The notes under the pieces were generated by a model, which was not told the DNA's origin, searched no databases, and worked only from the letters and a program-made list of their open reading frames with translations. 64,000 bases of DNA from Bispira polyomma. Its lineage: Eukaryota. Shown here piece by piece: positions 26,303-40,000 of this stretch. The first letter of the stretch is position 1; each line of letters opens with the position of its first letter. The position numbers and the translations under genes are program-made. The stretch is from NCBI GenBank assembly GCA_965649765.1, contig OZ287748.1:52266001-52330000 (forward strand), written 5' to 3'.

Positions 26303-29180
26303 TATTACTTTAGTTAGAAGCTCTAGTTCCTTTCACTTAGTTCTACAGCAGATGGAGTTAGCCTAATTTGAGTGTTGTCAGAATGCTGCCTTTGTTAGGG
26401 TATGCTTTGTTACTTTTTGTGAATTACCAAGCCTGGGCTTTCTGACTAGCCTTTGATGGTGTTGAGTCACGTGATACTACTGTGTCACTTTTTATCGGTT
26501 CAGTTTCGGGCTTTTTTCTGCATATATGTGTAAATCTGTTTGTTGTGAAAAGCAGGGGCTGCATTGACAAAATGAAGTTAGGCCTCCCTCACTGTGAGAT
26601 GGGTTTGCTTTTCTGATTCAATTACGCAGTTTCAGCAATTAAATCATGTCATAGCTAAACTGAATTAATGTTGGTGAATGGTCATAAGCTATCAATAGAG
26701 ATGTGCTGGAGCAGAAAACTTGTGTACAGTTTATCTGGACTGTATTAGCTAGCCCTTTTCCTTGAGGACTGGACTCCATGGAGTTATCTCCCGTGATGAA
26801 TTGACTGTAGTAGGCTTAATAAAAAATACACCAATGGGAAAGGCTAGACCACCAGGAGCCAGAGACAGTTCTTTAGGAGTCCTAGGTATAGAATGGATTT
26901 ATATTCCATGAAGTGATATGCCAGGAGAGAAGACTTGATCGAGATATTTACACAGGGCGACACACCACATGTCCCCGTTGTGACCAGATGGGTAGGTGGA
27001 GCTGCTACTAGATCAACACAACAGTTGGTTGCACCTCTTTGTGCTTCATGCTCTGTAAAATGGAATCTTGCGAGCCGTATCTAGGCCCCTGTCACTGTGT
27101 GTGTGTGGGGGTGGTGTTTGAGTGGCCTGGTCAATGATGTATGGCCTGTACAGAACTACTCCCAGTAATGTACTAATGGAGCCACGTGTCATCTCGCCGA
27201 TATTTAGCATGGAGATTTACAAACTCGATTTAGACCCTGCTTCTTCTTTTCTGATTTCTCCGCACTGATTATTTCTGCCTCTCTCCTTTCCCTTTTTTGT
27301 TACAAACGGAAGAAGCCTCCATCGGGGAATTAATTAAATTAATGGTTGTTGCTGAAAGACATGAGAAAGTTGCCACTGCTATAGTAGCAGGTCAAGAGAA
27401 CTCCTTGCAATATCTTGAGTGGAAGTAGCAATTAGGAGTGCAGGTAATGGAGTTGTAGTGACCTTTAGAAAGCAAGAAAATTACAGCCAGCTAATGCTGT
27501 CAATTCGCCTGTCAGAAAGTAGAGTTTTGTCACCACATACAACTCTAGGGATTACAATAAATAACAGGTATTTAGGCGTCTATCACCAGGTTTACACAGA
27601 ACTCCCCCTTTTCCTATTCACGTGGGAAGTACGTTTTAAAATTTTCACTTTGGCTCTAAACACCGCACATTACATCTTAAAACATTTCATTTTGGAATTG
27701 TGATAAAGGATTCTTTACAAAAAAAAAAAAAAAAAAAAAAAATCCACACAAGTAAAATAGGGGTTTTGATTCCTTTTGTGTAAATATGTAAAACAAAGCA
27801 GAGAACAAACTTCTTGTGATATCTTCAGAAGATGTATTTTGTTAAAACAAAATGTAAGAAGAAAACTAAAATGTAAAGAAGCATACAATGGTTTCCCATT
27901 GGAATTGGGTAGATCTTCCCTAAATTTGTACCATTATCCATATTAGTTGCCTGGGAACCCTTGCTTAGGTTCTGTCCAGAAAGTAAATGAAAGGAAATTG
28001 GGATTGATGGAAAGCTGGGAGAGCGAGTGTAATTCATTACATTCACCTTCCTCCATCATATAATCCTTAGCATTAATACCCGTCACACTTGCCCCAAAAG
28101 AGGGGCTTTAGAGTTGAGGCTGGCTTTGACAGACTAATCCCTGGCTGCTACGTGTGGTGTCCTCCAAGCCAGTATCTCCCTGTATACCCCCTCACCACAG
28201 ACCCCTACACCTCTATACACACTCTAAGCACTACCCAATCTCACCAGCCTCTAAACCAAGACTCATGGCAACACTAAAAACTAAGAGCATGTTTTTGGTC
28301 CTTTTTTGTATTAAGTTCAAGTTAAACTTTGTGGTACAGTAAGACTGCAATAAAACCTCCAACACAACAAGCTTGTATGGCTGAGTAGTAAAAGATGATG
28401 GATGAATAATCCCGCCTGCCACAACGTACTGGCTCTCAAAGAGGGTGTGTGTGTGTGTGCCCAGGACAAATACAGTCAGACATACTCCTAAAACCCTCTA
28501 CAACACTCATACATCATGTACAGCTTTAAACAAGCAAGGCGACATGACTGGGGTTATAGCATCCAATGGGCCACTGTGTCTTCTGGTGAATCATACCAAA
28601 GATGTATTGTGTGACAGGACAAGGCTTATCTATTATCTCAAGGGAGAACATTGTTTTAAAGAAACAGAGTCTTCATGTTAATGTAAAAATGTATTCCAGC
28701 CCTGTTTGTCCCAAATCTCTGTGTTAGGCAAGTTTATGTAGGTGAAGAGCTTTAGGGGTGATCATTCGTTTGACTACAGAACCCTTGTGTCAGGTCCTGA
28801 ATACAGGAGTCTACTGTGGTATTTATTTAACAGGTTTCAAAGTCAGCACATACATTTAATAAACACTATATTTGTGTGTAACTGTTTTGCACAATTATGG
28901 TAAATATAAAGGCTTCTCTCTGTATATTAGTGTTCCTGCTTTGGTCTCTGTCAGCTTGTATAATTTGCATCGTCTGGAGTTATCTGTCAGTTGATCCAGC
29001 GATAACAGTTGCAAATGCATTGCTCAGTAGTTGTTAGGACTGTTGTAATTCATTATTGTGCCTGCCGGCAAAATGTTAAAAAGTTGTAATGTGTATCAAA
29101 TATCTTTGCTTATATAGTTACTGGTGCTTCCAGATTAAGAACGATTCTGTTATTCCCCTACCTGTGTATGAATACATATA

Positions 29181-29579
29181 CTTCCGTGTAGGAATTCATA
29201 TATCATAGATATGTAGGTTGTCAGGTTGACAGGCTGACGGGTCGCCAGGTTGAGGTGTAAAAATAAAATTAAAAGTTACCTATAAATTAATAGATATTTG
29301 ATAAAATATATTTCCTCAATATTATCTATGTACATAGGTTGTCATATAATTGAATTTAAAAAAATTAATGACCTATAACTTTATAGATATTTTATAACAT
29401 ATAGATAGTTCCTCTACATATATATTTTTTTCACATATAGGTTGTCATGTAAACTAAAAAAAATAATGACTCTATATTATCTTTATATATAGGTTGTCAT
29501 GGAAAAAATATTTTATTGTTAATGACCTGTCGACTCGTCGACCTATTGGTATATATTATATGTAAATATTTGACGGAAC
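29181..29579. mobile_element. TA-flanked MITE-like element with diverged ~55-bp TIRs and internal ATAGGTTGTCAT / ATGACCTAT motifs
   Basis: Left TTCCGT...TAGGTTGTCAGGTTGACAGG aligns with reverse complement of right end TTCCGT...TAGGTCGACGAGTCGACAGG; TA on both sides. Confidence 0.6.
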
Positions 29580-29759
29580 TATTTGATTTGGTACTACTTT
29601 TTAAAATGGTGGCAAGGTAGGGAAATTTCAGAATTTAGCCCTATATTCTCACATAGTCTAGTAAACAACATGCTATTTTCTAAATGATTGTCTTGGTTTA
29701 CAAATACATCTCCATGGTGCTGACCCATGCTTGTCTAACGGAAATGCAAATTGAATAAG

Positions 29760-29833
29760 GATACTGTCTTGCACCTTAGAATCCCCTAAGTAGGAGAGAT
29801 TAAGCGCTATAAAAGTTAGATTAGATTAGATTA
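29760..29833 (+). mobile_element. L2-type LINE/SINE 3' tail
   Basis: GCACCTTAGAATCCC...GGAGAGATTAAGCGCTATAAAAG followed by (TTAGA)n, the typical L2-clade stem-loop plus short-repeat tail. Confidence 0.55.
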
Positions 29834-29859
29834 TGTACAGTTTAACCAAACTATTTAGT

Positions 29860-30076
29860 AATTATCTATCTTGTTACACGTCTGAGGCTAGAACTAGACG
29901 AACTGATCCTGATAAAGTATACTGAGATGTTCCATGTTATGTAGTTTCTGTACCTAGATCCGTGGTTCACTTTGAAAGTAGTAATGATGCACCATAGCTG
30001 TGGAATAACCTTCCTTACGATATATATACAGCTTGTACCATAGCAGGCTTTAAAGGTATATTTAAACTGATTTGTT
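29860..30076 (+). pseudogene. Decayed L2/CR1-group LINE ORF2 C-terminal fragment
   Basis: Translates as AP*LWNNLPYDIYTACTIAGFK, matching the APxLWNxLPxxIR...FK motif at the end of L2/CR1 ORF2. Confidence 0.65.
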
Positions 30077-30831
30077 TGGCCAAACCTTTCCACCGTAGGT
30101 TTTCGCTTCCAATCACTGGCTGTCTTCTTGGGGTTGATAATTTTTCTGGCTTAGCATGTCGAAATGTGGTTTCTCACATAAAAGGTGCTCCTTAAAATCG
30201 GTTAGCACGGAGATCAAGCACTTTCCTGATTTATTGATTGACAATGACTAGTTTATTTCAAACGTTTTCACTTGACCAAATTTCAGACAATATAAAAGAG
30301 TCTGTATACTGTTTTCAACTAAAACAACCTAAATATAAGACCTGTAAGGTTTCTACCTGGCATTGATTGATTCAGTAACTTGTGTATATTGACCAGTTAG
30401 TGACCTTGGTATTGATTTCTTTATCAGAAGTGCAATCTGTACTTGTGGCTGACAATGGGTTATAGGGATTTTGAACCAAGCACTTGATACTTTATACTGA
30501 CTGCGGCCTGCATGCATGTATTGACGATAAATTGGCACATTTTTATTTTGCGAAAATTTCTGGTCTAATTAAGTACATAGTAAACTATGGATCGATTTAC
30601 CACAAAGTACTAAAACAAATCCCAAAGTAGAACATATTTTTAGCAGTAAATTTAAAATGGTGAGAGCCACCCAATATGATTTGTCGGTAAGAAATTTCAT
30701 TTTTTCAGCATGCAGAACATCCTACACTAATGATACATCAGGGATGCGTGTAAAATGTCTTTCTAGGACGCCATAGCTGAGATTGTGTCTCGATAATCTG
30801 GTAAACACCAGATTCACTTTTAAAAGGGCTG

Positions 30832-32003
30832 TTGACTCTGGTATTTCAGCATTTTCAACAAGAATATTCAGAGGAGAAGAAGGTAGAAAATTTTATTGTT
30901 AGGTATTTTGACACTACACTACAACGGAAACAGAAAAGACCATTTTGGAGTAGGTCTTGGTTATTGAGATGGCCTGATTATGTACAATGTAATAGATTAT
31001 TGGTAAAACTGCAGCAGGAACATATTGGTGATTACAAAAATTGAACCTGACCTCTTCCAATAGCTTGTGTGACAGGTAGGACCTCGGATGTAGAGAAACC
31101 ACACCTTCTGAGGTCTGCACATCCTGGGAGCCCTGGATGATGAGCATGTAGCCAGCCATAAGATGTTCAACTGGACAGGGATTCCTGTACTACACTTACA
31201 AAGGCTTTCATTCTATTGTTTTGTTTATTCTTGTGGATGCGAGGTACATCTGCTGGACTACCTGCTGATAAACCATTACCCTGTGCGGATCAGTGCAGTG
31301 TGGTTGATGGCACATTTACTCTATGTACATGGCTCATGAAACCCTACTCCCAAAGGTTCCAGTTCAATGAAATGAGGATATTTAACTACAAACTGTCGAG
31401 AGTAAAAAGGGTGGTTGTGAATTCATTCGGGATCTTGGCTCAGAAGTGTAAAAAGCAAATATTAATTACTTTTTGTAGAGTTGCCATTAACTCAAAAGTA
31501 GTGCTAGTATAGTTTTGTGAGGATTATTTGCAAATACAAATGAACCTTTAATGTATTGATATGATTGGTAGCCTATCTCAAGAATTACTACAGTTTACAT
31601 ACAGTGTTGTAATTTATATTGTTTTTCTAATTTCTGTGAACCTATTTAAATTGTGTCTTAAACTGAACTAATCACTGCCAGGTTCAGGTGCATGTTGATC
31701 ATAATGCAATAGCACCTAGATGTGGTGGAATCTGTTGTGATGACCTGCTGTGTCCTCCACAACATCTCGATTCAAAGTAAGTCAATGCAAGGGTTCCTCA
31801 ATGCTGATCACCAGAACCCAGAAACCCATGACCTTATTCCAAGAAATTGGAATAATAGAGAAATATTAAGAGGCATTATTGCTCCCGGTATGAATACATG
31901 TCTGATGGGCGCTAAAATAGGGACTAACTACTGCGTCTCAACGGTTAGCGATCCATGGCAAGACAGGATGATTTCAGGAATGGTTAATTTCCCATCACCC
32001 TAA
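30832..32003 (+). pseudogene. Decayed PIF/Harbinger DDE transposase (HARBI1-like) with one intron (31446-31681)
   Basis: Collinear motifs FWSRSWLLR, YYTYKGFHSIVLFILVDARY (31188-31247), WLMKPYS...RIFNYKLSRVKRVVVNSFGILAQK|FRCML, VVMTCCVLHN; stops, frameshifts and internal deletions. Confidence 0.92.
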
Positions 32004-32009
32004 TCATAA

Positions 32010-32145
32010 TTCCGTGGTCACACTAGGCTCACGTTTCAATTACGCACAAACAAAATGGCTAACATAAGGTGAAACGTAAACATTGGCGTAGTGTACTTAA
32101 GTAAACGTAAACATGTGTCAGTAAGACGGTCCCTTAATAACTCTT
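32010..32145 (+). mobile_element. 5' fragment of the Harbinger-type MITE family seen at 37679
   Basis: CCGTGGTCACACT...AAAATGGCTAA...TAAGACGGTCCCTTAATA aligns with 37681-37817. Confidence 0.8.
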
Positions 32146-32191
32146 TGTAATGGAATATTCCTACGTTATGCAGTAAATAGCTAGCTACTTA

Positions 32192-32780
32192 TGCCTCAGT
32201 CCCACCGGCCTTCATGTACGCAGACGTTTAAAAAAATCAATTTCCATAGGGTTTGCGTAGTGTTTGCAGGAGCTGATGATATATGCATAAACATACATAA
32301 CCAGACGTAAGAGATGACACACAAGAAATTTATAATTTCAAACCGTTTAAAATTTGGACACCTAAGATTGATGATAAGATTAATACACGTAATACGGTGT
32401 AAGAATACAAAGAAATTGATGTAGTATTACCTATATGAATGTAAAAAGCATAGCCTTACGAAAGATTACGTAGAAGAACGTACATATAATGTAATAAATG
32501 ACGTGGTTTAACGTAATATTACGGCTTTTAACGTGTCAATATACATCATTCTGTGTGTACTTGGGTGTCTGTCAAATGCGCACAAATGCGCGGGAGTCTG
32601 AACCGGTATTGACGTACAAATACGTTGATCTCTGCCTAAGTTAACGTCTTTGACGTAATAAAAAATTTAAATCGACTTCTGCATGGGGTTTCCCACTTGT
32701 ACGAGGATTTTTGCATCATATATTTGCGACAGCCTTGCATGGTTAACATAGACTAACGTAAATCTGGTGGGACTGGGGCA
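32192..32780 (+). mobile_element. Harbinger-type MITE, 589 bp
   Basis: 17-bp TIRs TGCCTCAGTCCCACCGG / CTGGTGGGACTGGGGCA (15/17), TTA on both sides, homologous copy at 55441. Confidence 0.9.
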
Positions 32781-33227
32781 TTAGATAAGTGTCCAACTTT
32801 CTCAGCTAAATAATTATCTGTTACACAAATAAAATTTGTCTGACAAAATTAGACAGTGGGTTCCATTCGCAAAACTTTACGAATCTTACACACTATTTTC
32901 TATAGGTATATACAATATTTAAAATTTAAAAAAAATTGATGTTGATATTTGTGTGGATAATGCTTAGATGTGGGTCATAAGTTGTAAAATTGTGTATGGC
33001 TTTTATATTAATCATTACAACCACAAACTAAATAAAAAAACTGTTCTTCTTGTATGTTATATGTGCCGGGTGAGATTTGTGATGTTTTGCTTGGTGACTG
33101 CTATTTTACCGATGGCGAAAAAACACTGCAGAAATAATCGATTTAGGCCAAAGATATGAATGTCCGAAATATGCTTTTCATGGGGGAAGTATTACAAGTC
33201 GTATAATATATTCGTCTACATGTTTAT

Positions 33228-33430
33228 TGGCAATTGAGGCATAGTGGTTAACACACTCGCCTCCCACCTCTGAAGTCACGGCTTTATGTGAGAAAGTTGG
33301 CATGCCGATGATTTACAGTGTAAAATCTTGACAAACTGGTATGCACTGATTTTTCCCACCAGTAAAACTGTCCGTCGTGATATGACCTATACAATAGAAA
33401 GCGACGTGAAATCGTATTCAATCAATGAAT
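33228..33430 (+). mobile_element. Degenerate tRNA-derived SINE
   Basis: A-box GGCATAGTGGTT, CACCTCTG, TATGTGAGAAAG, CTTGAC..CTGGTATGCA, GCGACGTGAAA all collinear with the 23831 copy; B box region deleted. Confidence 0.8.
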
Positions 33431-36400
33431 ATATACAATTAAGAAGACATAGATTGTCATACTGTTTGGACAAAAATTGATATTTGAACATATTTACCTG
33501 TATTTACAGATATGACACTACAAAGAAGCATATGGACAGTACATATTAAGTGTAGAATAAGCCAGAGACAGGTATTTAACATCCATGTGTATAGACTTTG
33601 GGTCACCAAGTGGCTATAGTTCTAGTGGGTACATCTTGGTCACACTCAAATCCCCCCTCTTTTGGTTCACACCTCGGGTGTGCTGTATGTGTTTATAATC
33701 ACATGATTACAGATCATGATAGAAATGGGAACCCCCAGAATAGCTACTTCTGATTTATAGCTTCTTTAATGTGTTTTTGTGGCTAGCATCACTTGGCCTC
33801 ATAGCTACACTAGAAGTCAGCCACTCTCAAGGCCCAGATTTATGGTACTAGTTGCACGGTAGTGGTATAAATCTGAGCCAGTAGCACTAAATGAGCAGTG
33901 ATTATGGCTGGCCCAGTCCATCAGACTGACATCAGACTTCGGAGATGGCTGTGGTTTGTGGAGTGCTTCCTTCCACCCTGTCCCATCAATCACAAACTGC
34001 ACTACGTGGCCAGTTGTCACTACAGAGAACTACTTTCCTACCCTAATGATGCTGTGAGGGGGTGGGGCAGTGTACTGTGGGATGTGTGACTCACCCTGGA
34101 GTCTGTCACTCCTTCACGACTGTCGTCACGCACCAAATATGTCTGCCACACTCGCAGAGACTACTACTATAACAAAGAGACACGAGGCTGGCTGCAGCTC
34201 ATTTGAATACCGTTTTTCAGGGTTCACGTGTTATTCAGAAGACAGCAATTGTATGAATCTTGTGAGAATGCTCACCAAGGTCCATTTAATAGTTTGTATT
34301 GAGTGTGGCATTATTGTACTGTACACAGTACACACTATTACTATATATAATTTTCAGCTTTGCCAGAAAAAATAACAAACTTATACATTTATATTCATAA
34401 AGTATTCGTATCTTTAATTAGGTAAACGTTTTTAGTAATTCTAAATTTAATATCCCAAACTAGGTACATATTTTCATTTTCTGTAGCTAGAATTTTTTTG
34501 ATAAACGCTACTCAAAATCAAAAAGAAAGTTAAGATTAAAGCAAGAATTGTTATTACCCTCTAAATACCATCTGTGTGTTTACAACATGACTTGTTCCAA
34601 CATTAATAAATGGACCGTATTCACAACCATCTTTCTGATAGTTTGTGGTACACTAGACCTTTCACCAGCCCAATATACTAAAAGCTAAATTTTTGTAACG
34701 TTTCATTGTGAACTCTTTGTACCTACAAATGTGTTTGAAGTTGCTGCAGATTAAGTATTAAATCTTAACCACAGGATGGCCCTTTTAAAAGAAAACTTGT
34801 GAGGTTTGCATGTGGAGTATTGATTTTTGAAAATACCGGATAAAGTTGCAGTCTTTCCACAGAGACATCTGGCGGCCACTTGAAGCATTTGGTCCCAGGA
34901 GGACAACAATAGGCATTTGAGGGACAAAATCAAGTTAGCACACACGCCTCAGACACAGTGGTATGGGGGTGGGGGTGGGTGGGGCGCAGGCACCCCCTGG
35001 GGCTGTTGATAAGAGTCTATTCCTCTGACAACACTCCCACCAGCCATTTAGTCAATGAGGCGTAATGTAATGAAGCATTGTCACACACTAGTCATAGGGA
35101 AGTGAGCCATACTTTGGCCTGATTGATGTGAGAAACAAGACATGCTCACTGCCTGAACAGTATGTGAGCTTCAACAAGCCAATTCTCATACCTCTACTGC
35201 TGTTAGACTCCAGTCGTGGACGAGAGCTAGAAATTATAGGTCACTTCAACATATATACCGGAGACATGTGACCGGTAAACACCTTGTTTTTTTGTGGGTA
35301 AATTTTTGTGTTTAAATGCTAAGGTACTACACTAAGTACTACACTTTTAACATAAAAAATAAAGGACAATTACATCATGTTTTCAAAATGATAAATGTGC
35401 TCACTTATTCAATAGTAGGTACCCAATATTTTGACTTTGCTGTAATGCCCACCTCCCCCCCCCCCTAAATTGGGGGGCCATTTTTAAATAGCCATAGTGC
35501 AGAAACAGGGTGTAACTGAGACAGTTTCCTGTTAGAAATGTTCACTTTTAACTGTCTATTTACCTGTTAACTGTCTATTTCCTTTTGTCTTCCAAACGTT
35601 GATCAGGGCAGTTATCTGCATTCTTCAAATTCATTTTAATACAGCTTTGTACATTTTCTAAGAGGGACCACAAATTCAGTTCATCAATAATCTCAACTAT
35701 AAATGACAACCAAACCATAATAATACAACAAACTACAACATACACTTGTCAAGTTAAAAAAGGCATTCGATGGCTTGGTTCATAGAGTTTACAATGCACC
35801 ATTCTATTTAATTGTCTAGCCACATCAGACACATATGTGTGGTGCAGTTAAATAGACCAATTTAACTGTAATAAGTAAATTGAAACCTTATTGATTAATA
35901 TACAGTTAATGAAAATCGAATGTGTTTCATTAAACTAGGTCGACATTACCTACATGGTATAGTAGAACCAAATTTTGCAATTTCTCTCCAATTTCCATTT
36001 GAAGCTAAGCTCAGTCACCGTTGTAAAGAATAAAATCTGTGTTAAAACATCTATTTCTAACAAAGAATCTACAAGCTTTGTATACAGTGTAGTCAATTAC
36101 CCAATAGCTTTCTGTCCAAATTGACTTGTATGTTACCAAAATAATCATTTATAAGCAAAAAATACCAAGACTTAGTTCGGGGATTTTAAGGAGCAAGCAA
36201 TATTGGCAATATTGACGGATTTAATGTCCACTTAAACCCTGAAGAGATATCCTTACAACACAAGTCACACAGCCGCAAACAACATGGAAATCTATGGTTC
36301 ATTGAAAAGTCAATGGGTTGATTATTATTGTTTGTCCGTTCTAAGATCCAAAGCGAAAAATGTCAATGATTAACCTGAAAATATATCTCAGTAAGCCCAT

Positions 36401-37678
36401 TTATGCCCTGGACTCAGCAAGTCTACATTTATTTATGTTAATCATGCAAGTGTACGGGAGCTAAAAACCTAAAGCCATAAGACTAGTGAACAAGGCATAT
36501 CAGTGTCGTAGTGGTTGACAGCATTGTCATACTTGGCTAGCCTTGCTTAATGCTCAACTGGTCCAAAAGTCTTATTTGTGGTTTGGGAGATATGCTGACA
36601 TTTAGAATCTATTTTTTTTTTTTTTTTTGTATTGGTTTCCGGGTAATGCTAGTAACATCCTACTAACCACTTGTTAATTAAAATAGGAGCCCTGAGGACT
36701 GAATAGTCCTTCGGATGTTTATGCGTTTAGCCTTTACATGATAACACAGCCTAGGGTAGATTTGTTAACATGACAAGAATAAGTTGAAGTCTATTCATCA
36801 TGTGGTTTCAGCTTATGAGTGAGAAAGGAAACCCCTCTATAAATCCCGTGAAACTCTTTTAAAATGTCAGAATCATCTCCCATTTATTTGAACGCTTCAT
36901 ATGAAAAAGAGAAGAAGACAAATGGGTGGCAGTCCAAGCAGGCATTGCTGGCCAGAAGTTATTGTTATCACTTGGCCACTCTTCAATCCTCTTATAAAGG
37001 CTCACATGGGGCCTGTAATGGTTAGTAAAGTAGCAACTGCATAAATATTCTGGTTATTTGAGTCATGGCAGCAGTGCATCAATGTGTTTTTTTACAGTGC
37101 TCATTCCTTGCTTACACTTGGGATTTAAAACCCTATTCTGCCCTATATCAGCCATAGGTTATCAGCCAACTAAATACAACATAGGATATAAGTCAAATAT
37201 ATAGTATTAGCCAACTTATTACCAACATAAGATATCACAAATCAGACTGGTACATATGGATAGCTTGATAAATCATTGTGTAACCACCTAAAACTAAGAA
37301 AACTTTAAGGATGGGGGTTAACCACCACTAATAGTTTAATCCTTCTTACATAACATGATTCTACGTATAAAGGGGAATAGAATGGCAAATATCCTCATTT
37401 AGGTTTCGACAGGCTTTCTTTTATGTCTGACTTTTATGTCTGATAGTATTTTGGCAGGCTCCAATCATCCTTCAAATAAAACAATACTGCTGGCTTTGTT
37501 TCAGTACTTAAATATTTCTAAAAGCCAAATATTTTTTTCTGATGACAATTATATGAGCCATTGTTAAGAAGCTGTTGTTTGAAAACTATGCAGTTTCTGT
37601 TAAATGTGACAAGCCCTATAAGGTTTGGTTGAGCAGGAAATCATCCAAAGTTTCTCTTTTAAATGTTTCAAACCCTAA

Positions 37679-37982
37679 TGCCGTGGTCACACTGAGCTCA
37701 TGTTTCGCTTATGCACGAAAAATGGCTAATGTAAGGTAAAACGTAAGTAAACGTAAGCCAAACGTAGTGTGTGTAAGAAAACGTAAGCATGCGAGGATAA
37801 GATGGTCCCTTAATATCCCGTTTTTGAAAAACGTCTTAATTTTGGGACTGTTTGAAAAATTTTACATTTTTAGTAGTTTGCTACAAATTTTCTGGAAACG
37901 GATGGTGCATTCGCGGCAAACGGTTTTTCAGTTTGTTTTCTCCCATTTACGAAAAAACCGTAACGCGAACGTACTCATGGCA
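37679..37982 (+). mobile_element. Harbinger-type MITE, about 304 bp
   Basis: Termini TGCCGTGG / TCATGGCA, TAA on both sides, ACGTAA-rich subterminal motifs, partial copy at 32010. Confidence 0.75.
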
Positions 37983-39749
37983 TAAGGTTTGGTTGAACAG
38001 GAAATCAATCAGCTGTAGACTTGTCTCCAGACACTGGACGTCACTGTGACACTTGTTGTCTGTACAACTAGCGACCTTGAAGCCAGCCTGATGGAGCTTC
38101 TTTCAAGTCTATTCAAAGTGACAGACATCTCTGGTAATAAAGGTCAGAGAAGATTAAATGGGACTGAGTCTTTGGTGAGGGTCCAGTCACGGACATATAT
38201 ATCTAACCCTGTGTGAGAGTTTGGTGGGGAGTCTCCCAGGATCCATCTGTCATCTCTAAGGTAAGTCTGGTCACTCAGCCTCCCTCCCCACTCACATTGA
38301 TCAGCCCACACCACAAGTTTCACCACACCAAATTGACTTTTGATTTATACCACTCGGGGTTTGCATGAAAACCTATCTAAAAACAGGCAGACTCAGTTAT
38401 GGAAGGCTCAAAAAGGAGATTGGAAGCAGCTTTAAATACGCTCGTTAAGGGGTGTTGATGGGATAGGTTCAAGACATGGGCCAAATAACTAAAGGAATTG
38501 GTCTGCTTTTATGGCTATAAACAGCTTACTTGGGAATCAAACTCCAGTTTTGTCTTAGACTTTTTTTTGTAATTTGGACACAAATCCGGAATGTTTTATT
38601 GTTGAACCTTCTCAACCAAAACATTATACATCGAAAAGAACCCATCCCTGTTTTCATATCAGAAACAGCAGCTAAACTGCAACTTTGTGGATCCAAATTA
38701 GGCTGATATTTGTTATAAATGAGAGGAGTTGGTTCCAGGAGTCGTCAAAATATCCATTGCTAAAAACATTGCTTTCAGAATCACGCCAAACTTCACACAC
38801 AACAATATATTGCCCCAATAAACCTACCGTAGCTGATGCTGGATGTACCTAGATTTTATATAAACATTTAGTCATAGACTTGAATATCGCTTATTTTGTT
38901 TTTATCTTATGTTGATAACTGAGTATGTAGTGGTATAACTAAACACTAAATGAAATCTGTGACTGATGGTCGTCAGTAAAGCTAGGAATTTTTGATATAT
39001 TGGAGGTTTAGTGATCAGAAAGAAATGATTTCAGTTCCTCCTGGTAAACCGGTTGTGTAAGACAATGACTGTCTTGGGTGACAGGGGCAGATACAGGAAA
39101 TGAGACCGAATGGGTCATTCTTTGACTGTTAACTTAAGCTGATTTGTGCATAAAGACTGGTTCTTTGTTAACCGCAGACTCCTACTGGGTGTTGTACTTA
39201 AGGCCAGTTCCCATTACTGCCGTCTTTCTCGGTATACTCAGTGTACTTAAGGCCAGCTCACATTACTGCCGTCTCTGTATACCCTATAAACATTCCCTCG
39301 TACACCCTTTGTTCACACAAAGGCATGCAGTGACACTCAATTATCTACACGATGCATTGCCCATCTTTTCCCCAGCAATTTGTCTTTGAGTTCCTGATCA
39401 ATACGTGCAGTGCCCCTTAACAGCTCTCTATGGTCATTTAGGGGCCGTTTTAAAGCTCCACCAATGTAGATTTCTATGCACGATTCTATTTAAGATCCAC
39501 TCCTAATAATACAGCCCAATTTCTGTGTTCTAGATAATGCTCCAATCGGTTTGGAAATCGTGGTCTTGCCTTGCTGGGTGAGCAATTAACTAGCTAATCC
39601 AGGGAATAGAAGTAATCAACATGTGATTGGCCTTCCTGCCTGACACTCAGATCAACAAGCTAGCTTTGAAGACTGCGTATGCTCATCAGCCAAAGAGGGT
39701 ATTCATCATAATGCGGGGTGAGGAATGCTGTAAAGACAATTGTGGTCGG

Positions 39750-40000
39750 AGTGTGTGTGGTTGTGTCTGTCTGGGTAGTTCTGTGTCTGTCTGTCTGTGT
39801 ATGTATCTGTCTGCATGTGTGGTTGTGTGTCTGTCTACCTGTGTATGTATCTGTCTATGTCTGTCTGTCTACTTGTCTATGTCCCTCTGTCTTTCTGTCT
39901 ACCTGTGTATGTATATGTCTATGTCCCTCTGTCTTTCTGTCTACCTGTGTATGTATATGTCTATGTCCCTCTGTCTTTCTGTGTACTTGTGTATGCTATA
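39750..40000. repeat. TG/TGTC low-complexity tract including three 42-bp units
   Basis: TCTATGTCCCTCTGTCTTTCTGT three times at 42-bp spacing. Confidence 0.9.

Noticed and set aside
31216-31512. Functional domesticated HARBI1-like gene
   Set aside because: In-frame stops, frameshifts, deletions and degenerate catalytic motifs
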